Source: Octopus vulgaris (Eukaryota). From it: a stretch of 64,000 bases of DNA. Of this stretch, positions 53,396 to 64,000 are shown one piece after another. The DNA is taken from NCBI GenBank assembly GCA_951406725.2, contig OX597816.1, positions 106,454,001 through 106,518,000 of the forward strand, read 5' to 3'. Below the pieces are notes generated by a model. It had not been told where the DNA came from. It worked only from the letters and a program-made list of their open reading frames with translations, and made no database searches. The position numbers were made by a program, and so were the translations under genes. Positions within the stretch are counted from its first letter, which is position 1. Each line of letters opens with the position of its first letter.

Positions 53396-53616
53396 TATAT
53401 TATTCAAAATGTACAGTATTATATATCCATTACGGTTGACCTTACAAATCATTTTCGTGCTAGGAATGCAATGGAGTGTTAGGTAACAATCCAACTATGT
53501 AACCTTACACTCATCAGAGTCAGCCAATATGGAAGGGAATATGGGGTCTAGCATGAAACGGATTGGTAAGATCAGCTGTGATGGATATATAATACTGTAC
53601 ATTTCGGATAATATAC
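53396..53616. repeat. Inverted repeat/hairpin with about 65-bp arms
   Basis: AAATGTACAGTATTATATATCCAT...GCTAG pairs with CTAGC...ATGGATATATAATACTGTACATTT. Confidence 0.85.
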
Positions 53617-53731
53617 CCACTCTATTTATAAATATACAAGTGCATCTTTTCCCTGACATATGGACTCTTAGACGAATCATATGTGTAAGTGTATACATAT
53701 ATATATATACATATATCACATTTCTATTTGA

Positions 53732-53875
53732 TATAGGTATTGGCTTGTTGTCCTGTGCTAGCTCTTCCTCAAGTAGGCTCCCACAAAACAAATTCACTAA
53801 CAAGTTCATCTTTAGCTCTCCAGCAACGCCCAGCAAATCTGATTCTATCCTCTTTGATGATATGATATCAAGCAG
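53732..53875 (-). mobile_element. Old RTE-like LINE ORF fragment (different family)
   Basis: Reverse frame RIRFAGRCWRAKDELVSEFVLWEPT*GRASTGQQANTYI resembles the RTE motif RRLRFAGHCWR...LLW.P.HG..GRP..TYI. Confidence 0.7.
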
Positions 53876-54447
53876 GTGGTGGTGGTGGTGGTGGTATGTA
53901 TATGGTCTCTTCTGTTAATTTCAATTTTTAAGTACTCAGTTGTTCAATCAACTGAATAATCTACTTATTGACTTAGGATGTGAAGTGACTGAGTATTCCT
54001 TAGACCCATGATGTGACAAAACTGGAGGTTTGAATTACAGATACAGTCCACCCTGTGGACATACAGTTCCTGTCTACTCACTTTCTCACCCCTTCTACCA
54101 TCCTCTCATCCAAATCACTCTGTTTCTACCACCACACTTTTACTCTTCTCTCCCATCCATTCTGGTCCTTCTATCATTGCAGTCTCTTCCATTCATCTCG
54201 TCAGCCCCAAAGCACTGAGCAAACACATTATAAAGTGGTGAAGGCTCTCTAGTCTTACAGGGTACATGGAAATCTCACATGTATTGGTGGCACTATAAAT
54301 TCATGCAGGAGACTGTAAAATGGTTGGTGAACAAACAAAGACATGGGGTTGAGAAGACCCTTTACTACTATAAATGGTACCATGATAAAATGCATCCAGT
54401 ACACACTATAAAGTGCAGGATCAAGAGGATCCTTTAGTTTTCTAAAG

Positions 54448-55079
54448 CAGGGGCCCTCAACCACTGGTCCACAGACCAGTACTGAGCTGTAGATCATTTG
54501 GTACTGGGCCACACAGAAAGAATAAAGTTTTTAATTTCATTTCTATTTTATTGACTATTGCAGTCTGTAGGGTGTTTTGGCATTATATATGTATTGTATA
54601 TGCAATATGTATGTATTATATATGTCATAATTAAATTACATATTATGCACTTTATTGTGTTTTGTTATGCATGTGATCCCCTGGTCCATGAAAATATTGT
54701 CTTGCAGTATGGATGGATGGATGGATGGATAGACGGATGAATGGATGGATGGATGGGTAGACAGATGGATGTATGGATGGATGGATATATGAGTAATGTT
54801 TAACATATAGCTTCCACATTAGGACACTCTTCTTATCAGTTCTCTACAGGATATCACAGTAATTTCAGCAACTTCTTCCAGTATCACATTCAAGTAATAC
54901 CAAGCAGCAATTGTTACTACCAAGGAATGTCCAAATTCGTTTAGTCCTCACTAACACACTTGTTTTCCTAGGTCGTTCATGCAGCCACCACAATAAACTA
55001 GATGAAGTCGTAACCACTCCAAATATGGGTCAGCTATTTGGTTTTACAACCATGCTGCAAACAAGATAGGAGACCACTG
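54448..55079. mobile_element. hAT MITE carrying an internal insertion
   Basis: Ends CAGGGGCCCTCAA / TAGGAGACCACTG; 8-bp TSD TTCTAAAG / TTCTAAAA. Confidence 0.75.
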
Positions 55080-55978
55080 TTCTAAAAGACAAAAGACATG
55101 ATAACTTCTTTCCTGCCTATATATCGAAATAAAATGTACCCAATACACTCTTGAACTGGTTGGTGTTAGGAAGAACATCCAGCCATAGAAACCAAGCCAA
55201 AAATGAAATATACAAGCATCATGCAGTTGTCTGACATGTCTAGGAGAATGAATAAAAGCTCACTCAGACTTTGATGACCAATCCAACCCATACTAACATG
55301 GAAACACTGGTGGATTTGAATGGAACACCTTGTATTGCAAATATTCAATCAATGCCCTGATCTTATGACTTTATTTGACTTGACACAAAACATTCTTAAT
55401 GTAGAGTTATAACTGTGTAATATGTAGTGGGAAGAGTTTAAAATATGAAGGCCTCAGAAAACTATATGGTGTATGAAGATGACTGTGTATAGTGCTTCCA
55501 GTATAAATGGGATGTCACAGGTTTGTAGCTGGATCCATTGTGTCCTACTTGGCTGTTATTGGATTTGGAATACAGTAGAACAGAGAGGGAGGGAGAGGGA
55601 GGGAGAGAGACAGACAGACAGAGAATAGAAAACTATTTGTCATGGATAAGATGAGTGCAAGAACAAAGAACCAAATAGCTAACCCATAATTGGAGTGGTT
55701 ACGACTTCATCTAGTTTATTGTGGTGGTTGCATGAATGACATAGGAAAACAAGTGTGTTAATGAGGACAAGAAGAATCTGGACATTCCCTGGTAGCATCA
55801 TTGCTGCTTGGTATTACTTGAATGTGATACTGGAAGAAATTGCTGAAATTACTGTGATGTTCTGTTGAGAGCTGATATGAAGAGTGTCCTAATGTGGAAG
55901 CTATATGTTAAACATTACTTATATATCTGTCTGTCTATCCATCCATCCATCCATCCATCCATCTATCCATCCATCCAT
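54709..55978. repeat. Long inverted repeat, arms 54709-55043 and 55669-55978
   Basis: About 260 bp of unique sequence is reverse-complementary (roughly 90% by eye), extended by complementary (GGAT)n / (ATCC)n tracts. Confidence 0.92.
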
Positions 55979-55992
55979 GCATGCATGCATGC

Positions 55993-56023
<31 letters not shown>

Positions 56024-56069
56024 CATACAAACATACACGCACACATACATACATACATACATACATACA

Positions 56070-56100
<31 letters not shown>
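55930..56100. repeat. (ATCC)n(ATGC)n(CATA)n tetranucleotide repeats
   Basis: Read directly from the sequence. Confidence 0.95.
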
Positions 56101-56101
<1 letters not shown>

Positions 56102-56111
56102 CGCATATGTA

Positions 56112-56334
56112 TATGAGTGGGTGCTAAAAAGTTTCTGGCTTTAAGGGTATCATGAAAGGCCTTGCTGGAGGCTCAACCTTCTGCGTTCTTTTACAGAGCT
56201 TAGCAAAACTGTAAAAGGACTGTTGCATTAAGTGTGTGAATCTGAGACGGGAATATGTTGAATAAAATCACAATTAACTGATCCTCCTGTATTTTCTTTT
56301 GCCCAAAGCCAAGAACTTTTCAACGTCCCCTATA
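56112..56334. mobile_element. Mariner-type MITE; partial inverted copy at about 61058-61220
   Basis: TIR GGGTGCTAAAAAGTTTCTGGCTTT / AAAGCCAAGAACTTTTCAACGTCCC within TA-rich flanks. The body GATCAGTTAATT.TGATTTTATTCAAC is shared with the copy at 61.1 kb. Confidence 0.7.
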
Positions 56335-56421
56335 TATATATATTCTTTCTTTTCTATTCTTTTGACTGCAGCCATGCTGGAGCATCACCTTTTCCTCTTA
56401 ACACTTACATCCACACACATA

Positions 56422-56695
56422 CATGGTCAGATCAATAAGTATCTTGACTGTTACCATAGCAACGAAGCTAAAACACACAGAGTGAAGCTGCTTGGCACAG
56501 ATGGACCTTGAACTCTGCTGTGCATGTGCACTAAGTTTTAACGTTCTAGCTCACTTCCACTGTTTACAGCAGTGCTTGGAAGGAAGGTGTGCAGCATGTG
56601 ATCATTCGAGGTCAATCTGTGCCAAGTGGCTTTACTCTGCGTGCTTTAGCTTCATTACTATGGCAACAGTCCAGATATTTATTGATCAGACCTCG
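56422..56695. mobile_element. Mariner-type palindromic MITE
   Basis: About 85-bp imperfect terminal inverted repeats (GGTCAGATCAATAAGTATC... / ...GATATTTATTGATCAGACCTCG) flanked by TA. Confidence 0.8.
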
Positions 56696-56718
56696 TATAT
56701 ATACACACATGAATACAT

Positions 56719-56933
56719 ACGGGCATATGGCATAGTGGTTAAGAGCGTGGGCTACTAACCCCAAGATTCTGAGTTTGATTCCAGGAAGTGACCTGAATAA
56801 TACCTTAGGAATAAGAACCCAGGTTTGAAATTTCCCCAAGACACCTGATGAAGGCTGGAGGATATATCAGCTGAAACGTTGTGTTAACAGCAAACAAGAT
56901 GAGGACAAATATCCATCAATTGTAAATAATGTA
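56719..56933 (+). mobile_element. tRNA-derived SINE-like element with Penelope-like 3' region
   Basis: tRNA-like head with A box TGGCATAGTGG, anticodon-like arm and B box GTTTGATTCC. The tail is CCTGATGAAGGC...GAAACGTTG...AAGATGAGGACAA. Confidence 0.65.
56840..56885 (+). ncRNA. Minimal type-I hammerhead ribozyme motif
   Basis: Stem I GACAC/GTGTT; core CTGATGA (56845-56851); one extra A, then stem II GGCTG/CAGCT; GAAA (56873-56876); palindromic stem III AACGTT; putative cleavage triplet GUU. Confidence 0.6.
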
Positions 56934-57699
56934 CATACAAGTGTTGTTAGAACATCAAATAGAATACATTGTCATATTTGTTCTGGCTCCCTGTGCTTTG
57001 AGTTCAAATCCTATCAAGGTCCAGTTAATCTTTCACCATTTCAGGTTTCATGAAAAAAAAAAGAAGAAAATGAACCAGCCCAAAGCGGGTGCATCTTATT
57101 TTCTTTACTACATTCTTTTCCTGGATGTTCCACAAAGTCAAGAGTGAGCAGACCAAGAGGGTGCATATATAAGCATACAATTACATAGCTGCTTAAAACA
57201 ATTAGCAAAAGCATAGCACACACTACATTACCATCATCATCATTTAACGTCCATTGCCCATGCAGGCAGGAGTTGGACGGTTTGACCAGGGCTGGAAAGC
57301 TGAGGAGCTGCACCTAACTCAAAAATCATAATTGATTGTGAGTGATAGTTATAGTTTCAGTAGTTTACACACACACAAACACACAAGTACACACACACAC
57401 AAGAACACACGCACACATACATATGCTACAGTTAGTTTACTAGTGTTGAAATTACTGTTAATGCTGTCATTCTTGTTGTTGTAGTAGTAGTCTAAACGAT
57501 AGTTGATCTTGTGGTGATGTTTTTGTTATATCAACATTCTAAAACTTGAAACAAAATTGTTTTCTAACTTGTATATAAAATAGGTATGTCAACTGAAACT
57601 GTTTAACTGTTTGTATTGTCATTTCCGTCCAAATTATCAGTTTTCTGCACAAAGTCTGCTAAGTGCTCTTGGCATTCCAATCTAAACAGAGTTCAATCC

Positions 57700-57703
57700 A
57701 CTC

Positions 57704-57737
<34 letters not shown>

Positions 57738-58078
57738 TTCTCTCCCTCTCCTTTCCCTCTCCCCCTCTCTCTCTCCCCCTCTCTTTCTGACTATTGTTCT
57801 CCTATTTTCTTCTTTTTTCAGTTTTTGCTAATCTCTATGAGTTTGTATAAGTCTTCCATAAGAACGTCAATGCCTGCCCTTGCACCGCTCCTTCTCTTCC
57901 TTGTCATCATCACAATCAACAGATGCAGCTGCAGCTGCTATAGCTGTAACAGCAACAGCAGCATGTTTGTCATGGTGGTGGTTGTTGTTGTTGTTGTCGT
58001 TGATGCTATTATTATCATCTTCATCATTATCCCAATTCTCATTACCGCTATCACCAGCGATATCATCACCATCTTTGC

Positions 58079-58116
<38 letters not shown>

Positions 58117-58230
58117 CCATCACCACGGCTCCCTCCATTGCCCCCCCCCCCCCACTGCCACCACTACCGCTGCCACCACTTCCACCATCACTGCCACCAC
58201 CGCCACCATTATCATTGTCATCATCATGTC
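57700..58230. repeat. Low-complexity (CT)n, (GTT)n, (CAT)n, poly-C and (CCA)n cluster
   Basis: Read directly from the sequence; explains the overlapping spurious ORFs. Confidence 0.9.
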
Positions 58231-58384
58231 CTACACAAACTCTCACATATGACAAACTAATTATTTCACACCCTGAAATTGGAAAATGAACTATTAAATA
58301 CCAGAATTTTTTTGTTTGACTGTTGCAAGTATGGCTGTATAATTAAGAGGTTTACATTGCAACCTTGTGATTACCAGTTCAAAA

Positions 58385-58570
58385 ACATGCTTTTAGTCAT
58401 TAAGGTAAGAAAGATGTTCAAAGTATTGAAGAAGGCTGTTGTTAATGACAGTCTTCATCACATTTGATCTGTTGGAAGAGGGTGTGATGGGACAATAGCT
58501 GGTTGGGTTAGATGCATTGCTCTTCTTGAGAATAGAATTATTATTTGAACCCTTGAATACTGACAGTTTT
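58385..58570 (-). mobile_element. CR1/L2-group LINE RT N-terminal fragment
   Basis: ILKKSNASNPTSYCPIT...VMKTVINNSLLQYFE..YLND is a degenerate PIPKKG..SNP.NYRPI...KV.E..IN..L..L..L.D.QYGF. Confidence 0.65.
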
Positions 58571-58586
58571 TTCATCATTGCGCCGA

Positions 58587-59206
58587 TCATCATCATCGTT
58601 TAATGTCCGCTTTCCATGCTAGCATGGGTTGGAAGATTTGACTGAGGACTGGCGAACCAGATGGCTGCACCAGGCTCCAATCTGACCTGGCAGAGTTTCT
58701 ACTGCTGGATGCCCTTCCTAACGCCAACCACTCCGAGAGTATAGTGGGTGCTTTTACATACCACCGACACGAGGGCCAGTCAGGCGGTACTGGCAACGGC
58801 CACAAAAAATCGTTTTTTTTTATGTGTCACTTGCACACTGGTACAATTGCCAGTAAGGCGACGCTGGTAATGATCACACTCGAATGGTGCTTCTTACGTG
58901 CCACCGGCATGAACACCATTTAGCCGCTCTGGCAATGATCACGCTTGGATGGTGCTCTTAGTGCTCCGCTAGCACGGATGCCAGTCATTGAATTTGATTT
59001 CGATTTCACTTGCCTCAACAGGTCTTCGCAAGCAGTGTCCAATGAAGGGAAGGTACGCATAAGTGGGCTGGTTATACCCCTGGCTTAGGCTACAAGGTTA
59101 TGGTCTCACATGGCTTGCCGGGTCTTCTCAAGCACAGCATATTTCCAAAAGTCTCAGTCACTGGTCATTGCCTCGGTGAGGCCTAATGTTGGAAGGTCGT
59201 GCTTCA
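58587..59206 (-). mobile_element. RTE-clade LINE 3' end, same family, inverted
   Basis: Reverse complement of about 52720-53390, starting with a (CAT)n tail. Confidence 0.85.
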
Positions 59207-59601
59207 ATTATATGTTAATATAATATGTATGTACGTATGTATGTATGTAAATATGTATGTATGTTATTTCTTTTAATAAAATAGGTAATAGGAGGTGGGG
59301 AAAATATTTACAATTTTTGCAAGTTTTCTCAGACCTGTAAGATTGAAAGAGTTAATGTTCAACTTAAACACTGGTATGTTTTGTTAGTGACTATGGGTAG
59401 GGAAAGAATTCTAGAGGACGACTGTATTGTGGAAGAATGGATGGATAAAAGTTCAGCTGAAGGAAGGAAAGATGGATGGAATAAGTAGACTTGAGTGAGC
59501 AGAGAAGGTATCTAATAAGTTATTTCAAAGGAGTGGAGGTCATTGTAGTAATAATAGAATAAGTAACACATCTGTAAGCGAGTTGTTGTGATTGTTTAAC
59601 C

Positions 59602-60099
59602 TTAGGGTCACCAAAGTTTTTTGACCATGGATCCCCTTTAGCCACTTCTCCTTCTGCATCAACCACCCTCCTCATTTAAAATATCTTAACCCTACCCTAC
59701 TGTACCTATCTTAAATGCATATCAGGTACTGATGCTGGCAATTAAAATGTTAGTTAAAATATATATGTACAACAAATCAAGAAATTCTATTGAGGATGAC
59801 ACACTTTTTACATTTAAAATTACGTGTATGAGTATACAATATTAAACTTTCAATTTTTATGAAATTGTTTTCACAGTTAGAAAATGTGAAAAACACATCT
59901 TATTGCTGGAATATCTTTTATTGGAATTGACAATATTAATGTGAGGGATGAGCATAGCACTAAGTATTTCAAGCAGTTCATCTGGATGAGCTGGTCTTTT
60001 GCACGCTGACCTCCATTTGACCTCCTTGGCTATCATCAACCCAATGTAATTCCTTGCCAACCCCTAGGGGATCCCTCGGACTCTCTTTGGCAACCCCTG
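59602..60099. mobile_element. hAT MITE
   Basis: Imperfect TIR (ttagggtcaccaaag / ctttggcaacccctg) and perfect 8-bp TSD GTTTAACC. Confidence 0.8.
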
Positions 60100-61494
60100 G
60101 TTTAACCTGAGGTCAAACCTAATTGAATAGACCTATGATCAAAGGCTTTCCAGCTTTGTTCAATGTACAGGGAAATCAAGACTACATTATCCAACATATT
60201 CTTTTTTTAAGATAGCAAACTGAATGATCATGTAGAGGATCTCTCACTAGCTCATCTGTGAGCTAGTTATCTAGTTATCATGAGCAGTTATCTGAAAATG
60301 TGAGCATTATCACTTTTAGTAACTTAGAAAATATTGTACATTATCCATGGTTTGAGTCAACATACAGATCCAGAATACAACATACAGATTGCAAATGTGA
60401 TTGTGTATAATATGAACATATGTATTGGTATCTGTAGAGACATATGAAGTAAGATGCGTCAACAGTTCAGCAAAACATTTGCTCTAGCATAGATTTCAAA
60501 CTAAAGCACTCATTTTGAGAGAAATCTATAATCAGCTTAACTGTCTGAATACAGAAAGTAGATATGAATGCACAAAATTTTATTTCTGTTAACTGCAGAA
60601 AGCAGTTTTACCTCATGGCTTTGTAAAAACCTTGCTCATTTTATGCTACCAGAAGTGAAGGAGCTCCCAGTAGCACTTTACAAATTAATTATTTTCACAT
60701 ATTTCATCAAATATCTCTTTACAAAGCAAATATTCAATACTTTTAGTGGTGGCTATGAAAACCATACCTACAGAAGATATTGAAAAAGTATTGCAGAAGC
60801 AGAAAATATCAATTCTACTTTTTGGTGAATAATTAACATCATTGCAGGAATGACCATGAAATTTAATTACACTGTCAAAGCTTTGATGGACCTTGGTTTT
60901 TTAATAAGTGCTTATTTTACCAAACCTAGAAGGGCAAAATTCTTCTTCAACCCCGAAAATATTTGAAAACAAAACATAAAGGGATATAGCTAAATACTGC
61001 TAGGTATTTTGTCCAACAATTTACTAATTCTATCAATCCATTGCCCTTCTTTAAGTATATGAGGTGGGTGCTGAAAAGTCCCTGGTTTTGAGTAAAAGAA
61101 AATACAGGAGGATCAGTTAATTATGATTTTATTCAACGTATTCCCCTGTCATTTACACACCGATTGCAGTGGTCCTTCAGTTTTCTAAGCCATGTAAAAG
61201 AACTTGGAAAGTTGAGTCTCTAGTTCAGTGATTCTCTATTAAGATGCTTGGTAAAGATATCAAGTATTCATCTCAACAGAAATAAATCACATGCTACCAT
61301 CTTTAAAAAAACTAGAAAGAGATGCTGCATAAAGTGATATTAGATACACTATGCCTGAAATTAAGACAGGATGGTCAAAAATGGAACACCTTTAATCACA
61401 GGTATAATTCAGAGTTCACTTGGGGCCAGATAACATTGATGTTAGTTTAGCCAACAGAGAAACTTCTAAGTAGTCAACTGATTTGTTTGGAGGA

Positions 61495-62729
61495 CAGGTT
61501 GCAGACAGTATTTGTTTGCAATTTTCAACTGCTAATTTTACACATATTCTTTTACTTTTATGTTGGTCTTTTTCTTCTTAAAAACAATAACTTTTGCTTT
61601 ATTATTTTTTTTTTTAAGAATAATTAACTAAAGAAAATTTTGATCCTCCCAATTTGTGGAAGAAGCATGGAGTCCTCCTTGGAATCTGCCCTGGAAGGAC
61701 AAACAAGATTTCAGATTTCCTCAACATCAGCAGAAGGCTGGTGGAAAAGATCAGAAAGGAGCTGGAAGATTCAGGATTTGACTACAAGGGAAGAGCAGAG
61801 AAGAAAATCCATGATTAACAATCTAACATTATCAGAACGCTGGAATTCATAACTGAAATCCAGATAATCAACAATGATCCCTGCACGGGAGAAAGGTGTG
61901 GATGAAAAGCTCATCAGGCTGGTAATGCATGAGAACATTTACTATTTTTCATACAAGACGAGGAAAGGACAATTTCTATCCAAGATGAAGCAGAAGTGAC
62001 TCAAGCACACCCAAAAAGTTGATCAACAAGCTTAAACAGCTGCTGGAGCCAGGCATGCTGTGGTGCTTCTCCATTAAGAAGAATTTCTGTCAAGACCAGA
62101 AGATCAAATCCCAGAACAACAAGTGGCTCACTGTCTCACCCAAGGATATGCCCAGAGTCATGCAAATGAAATTTCCAGCGACAATCATAGTCTTCAGTGT
62201 CTTTTTGCTACCCCACCTCTTCCCTTATAGCCTCCGGTTGAACACCGCTGGCTACATCCATGTTCTGAGCAAGGTGATGAAACCCTGGATCGACTGAGTA
62301 ACAGCAAAATTCTGGCCCTGCCACACCAGCCAGAAGACCCCACCATGGCTGTCAGAGAATTTCTTCAATCACACAGCACCTGACATTTGGCCTCTCAACA
62401 CGCCTGACTGCAAACACCTCGATTTCTTTGTATGGGTCGTGGTGGAACGAGAGACCATCAAATCCAGGTACTAATACGAAGGACGAGCTGAGGGCCAGGA
62501 TTATCAAGGCCATCAGGAGTCTAAAACGTGAGACAATGACGAGAGCCTGTGGGCGGTTTCGAGGTCACCTGCTAGCTGTCATCGAGACCAAAGACGGATT
62601 CATCAAGAGAGATTGACAGAACATGTCATGAAGACAAACTGACCCAAATTTGATGATTATACTAAAAAAATACAAATGGTTTTATTTTTTTCCTGAGAGA
62701 GACATCATGCAAGCGAATACCGTCCGCAC
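61495..62729 (+). mobile_element. Decayed Tc1/mariner transposon, maT (DD37D)-like
   Basis: Frameshifted transposase pieces (ORFs 62019-62297 and 62428-62616) include degenerate versions of QQDSAPCHTS, WPPNSPD.NPLDFFVW and RACGRFR.RL.AVIE..GG. Imperfect TIRs at 61495-61520 and 62708-62729. Confidence 0.85.
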
Positions 62730-64000
62730 GGTATTCGTTCGCATGATGACTGTGTAGTATGGCAAATCTCCGCTTCTACTCTACGTCTACCATATTTAAT
62801 AAAAAGAAGGGTATGTTGCATAATATAATATTAGATACACTGCAACAGAGAAAAAAAAACATGAAGGTCCTGGCTAGAACACCTTACACCATAGTTTTTC
62901 TTGGTAAGGGCTGACATACGATTAAACATCAACACTCGTAACCGGATTTGGCACAAAAAAAAGAAAAATTAACTTTAAAAACGAAAAACTTAATTCTTTT
63001 TTCACAAAATGAATAAACTGATATGAAAGTGAAGTTAAGGCAGGAAATTATAAATCTGATATTTCTCAGACCAATAATTTTCTGTCTAGGATCAGAAAAA
63101 TAGAGGGATACGCTGTTAATAGATAAAACCGGCTCACAACCAACTGAATAAATTTAGTTAACCTCTTGAAAATTGTTTCCGGGAAAAGCGATCTGAACTC
63201 TAAAACTCTACATTTATTTATTTATTTTTACAAAATAATTCGGTGAGGCGGAAGAAATATACTGGATTCTTATAATAAAGACAACCAACTCTTTAAATAT
63301 ATAATAGTTGATATTTCCTAAAAGAAATCAAAATAAAACGAGTTCGTGCTCACACATATAAATAGTTATACATATACACATTAACAAGGTTATAAAGTTG
63401 TCTCTCTTGTTTCTTTCATTTGGTTCAAGGGAAGTAACAATCTTAGAGGTGTGTATGCGTGTAGGGAACGACTGATCAGCAGACAAATCGGTAAGCAGAC
63501 AGAAAGGGACACAGACTGAAGAAGGGAAGTAGTTCGATAGATAGATTGACCAAAGAACATTTTGTGTATATGTGAGGATGTTTTGTACTTTCAATGTGTT
63601 TAGGAATATATGTACAGGTGTCCAGTCACAGAAATCTAGCCAAACAGATATAGGAACCTCATCGGACACATGTAAAACCACCTAATTCATGCCAGTATAG
63701 AAAATGGACATAAAATGATGATGATGATGGCGGCGGCGGCGGTAGAGGTGGTGGGTGGTGGTGGCGGCGGCGGCGGTGGTAGAGGTGGTGGTGGTACTAT
63801 CCTCATCATCATTCTCATTTTCACATGCACTTTTCCATGCTCACATGATTCAGCCAGAAGTTGAGGCAACTACTTTACAGCTGGATGTCTATCCTGTCAC
63901 CAACACTCATCTGTCTCCTCGGACATGTTTTCATGGAAGACTGGAAACAGACATCTCCTGTATGATAGTAACACATTTATAACTATCAATTTGCCAATGT

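Noticed and set aside
53737-53893. Apparent + strand exon (AG...GTATGT) for the divergent gene
   Set aside because: Better explained as a minus-strand RTE fragment, and the phase-0 frame contains a stop.
54784-55043. Arm of the long inverted repeat as a coding exon paired with an editing-complementary sequence
   Set aside because: The frames I translated hit stops and gave no recognisable protein.
56721-56793. Possible tRNA gene
   Set aside because: The acceptor stem is broken, the B box is degenerate and no oligo-T terminator follows; treated as a SINE head.
57663-58289. 208-aa ORF and overlapping ORFs
   Set aside because: Translations of (CT)n, (CAT)n and (CCA)n low-complexity DNA, open in several frames and on both strands.

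Overview
AT-rich eukaryotic genomic DNA, dense in microsatellites and repeats. The SINE and RTE repertoire suggests an octopod cephalopod; this is inferred, not verified. The only host coding sequence I can identify is the 44-nt first coding exon of actin-related protein 3 (Arp3; minus strand, 47481-47524). It lies in a CpG-retaining, probably bidirectional promoter, with a YY1 motif and a candidate first exon on the plus strand. I found no further Arp3 exon, so 1-47480 is probably one very long intron. The rest is mobile-element debris: a Helitron with intact termini and a PIF1-helicase fragment, a maT-like Tc1/mariner relic, RTE and CR1-like LINE fragments, hAT, piggyBac-like and mariner MITEs, and several SINE families. 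Most ORF-track entries are spurious. The most notable observations are three: a tRNA-headed SINE-like element with an intact-looking minimal hammerhead ribozyme core, a roughly 260-330 bp local inverted duplication captured inside a hAT MITE within a nest of inverted repeats, and CpG-decay asymmetries that may mark methylation boundaries. I did not find a clearly novel multi-gene system.
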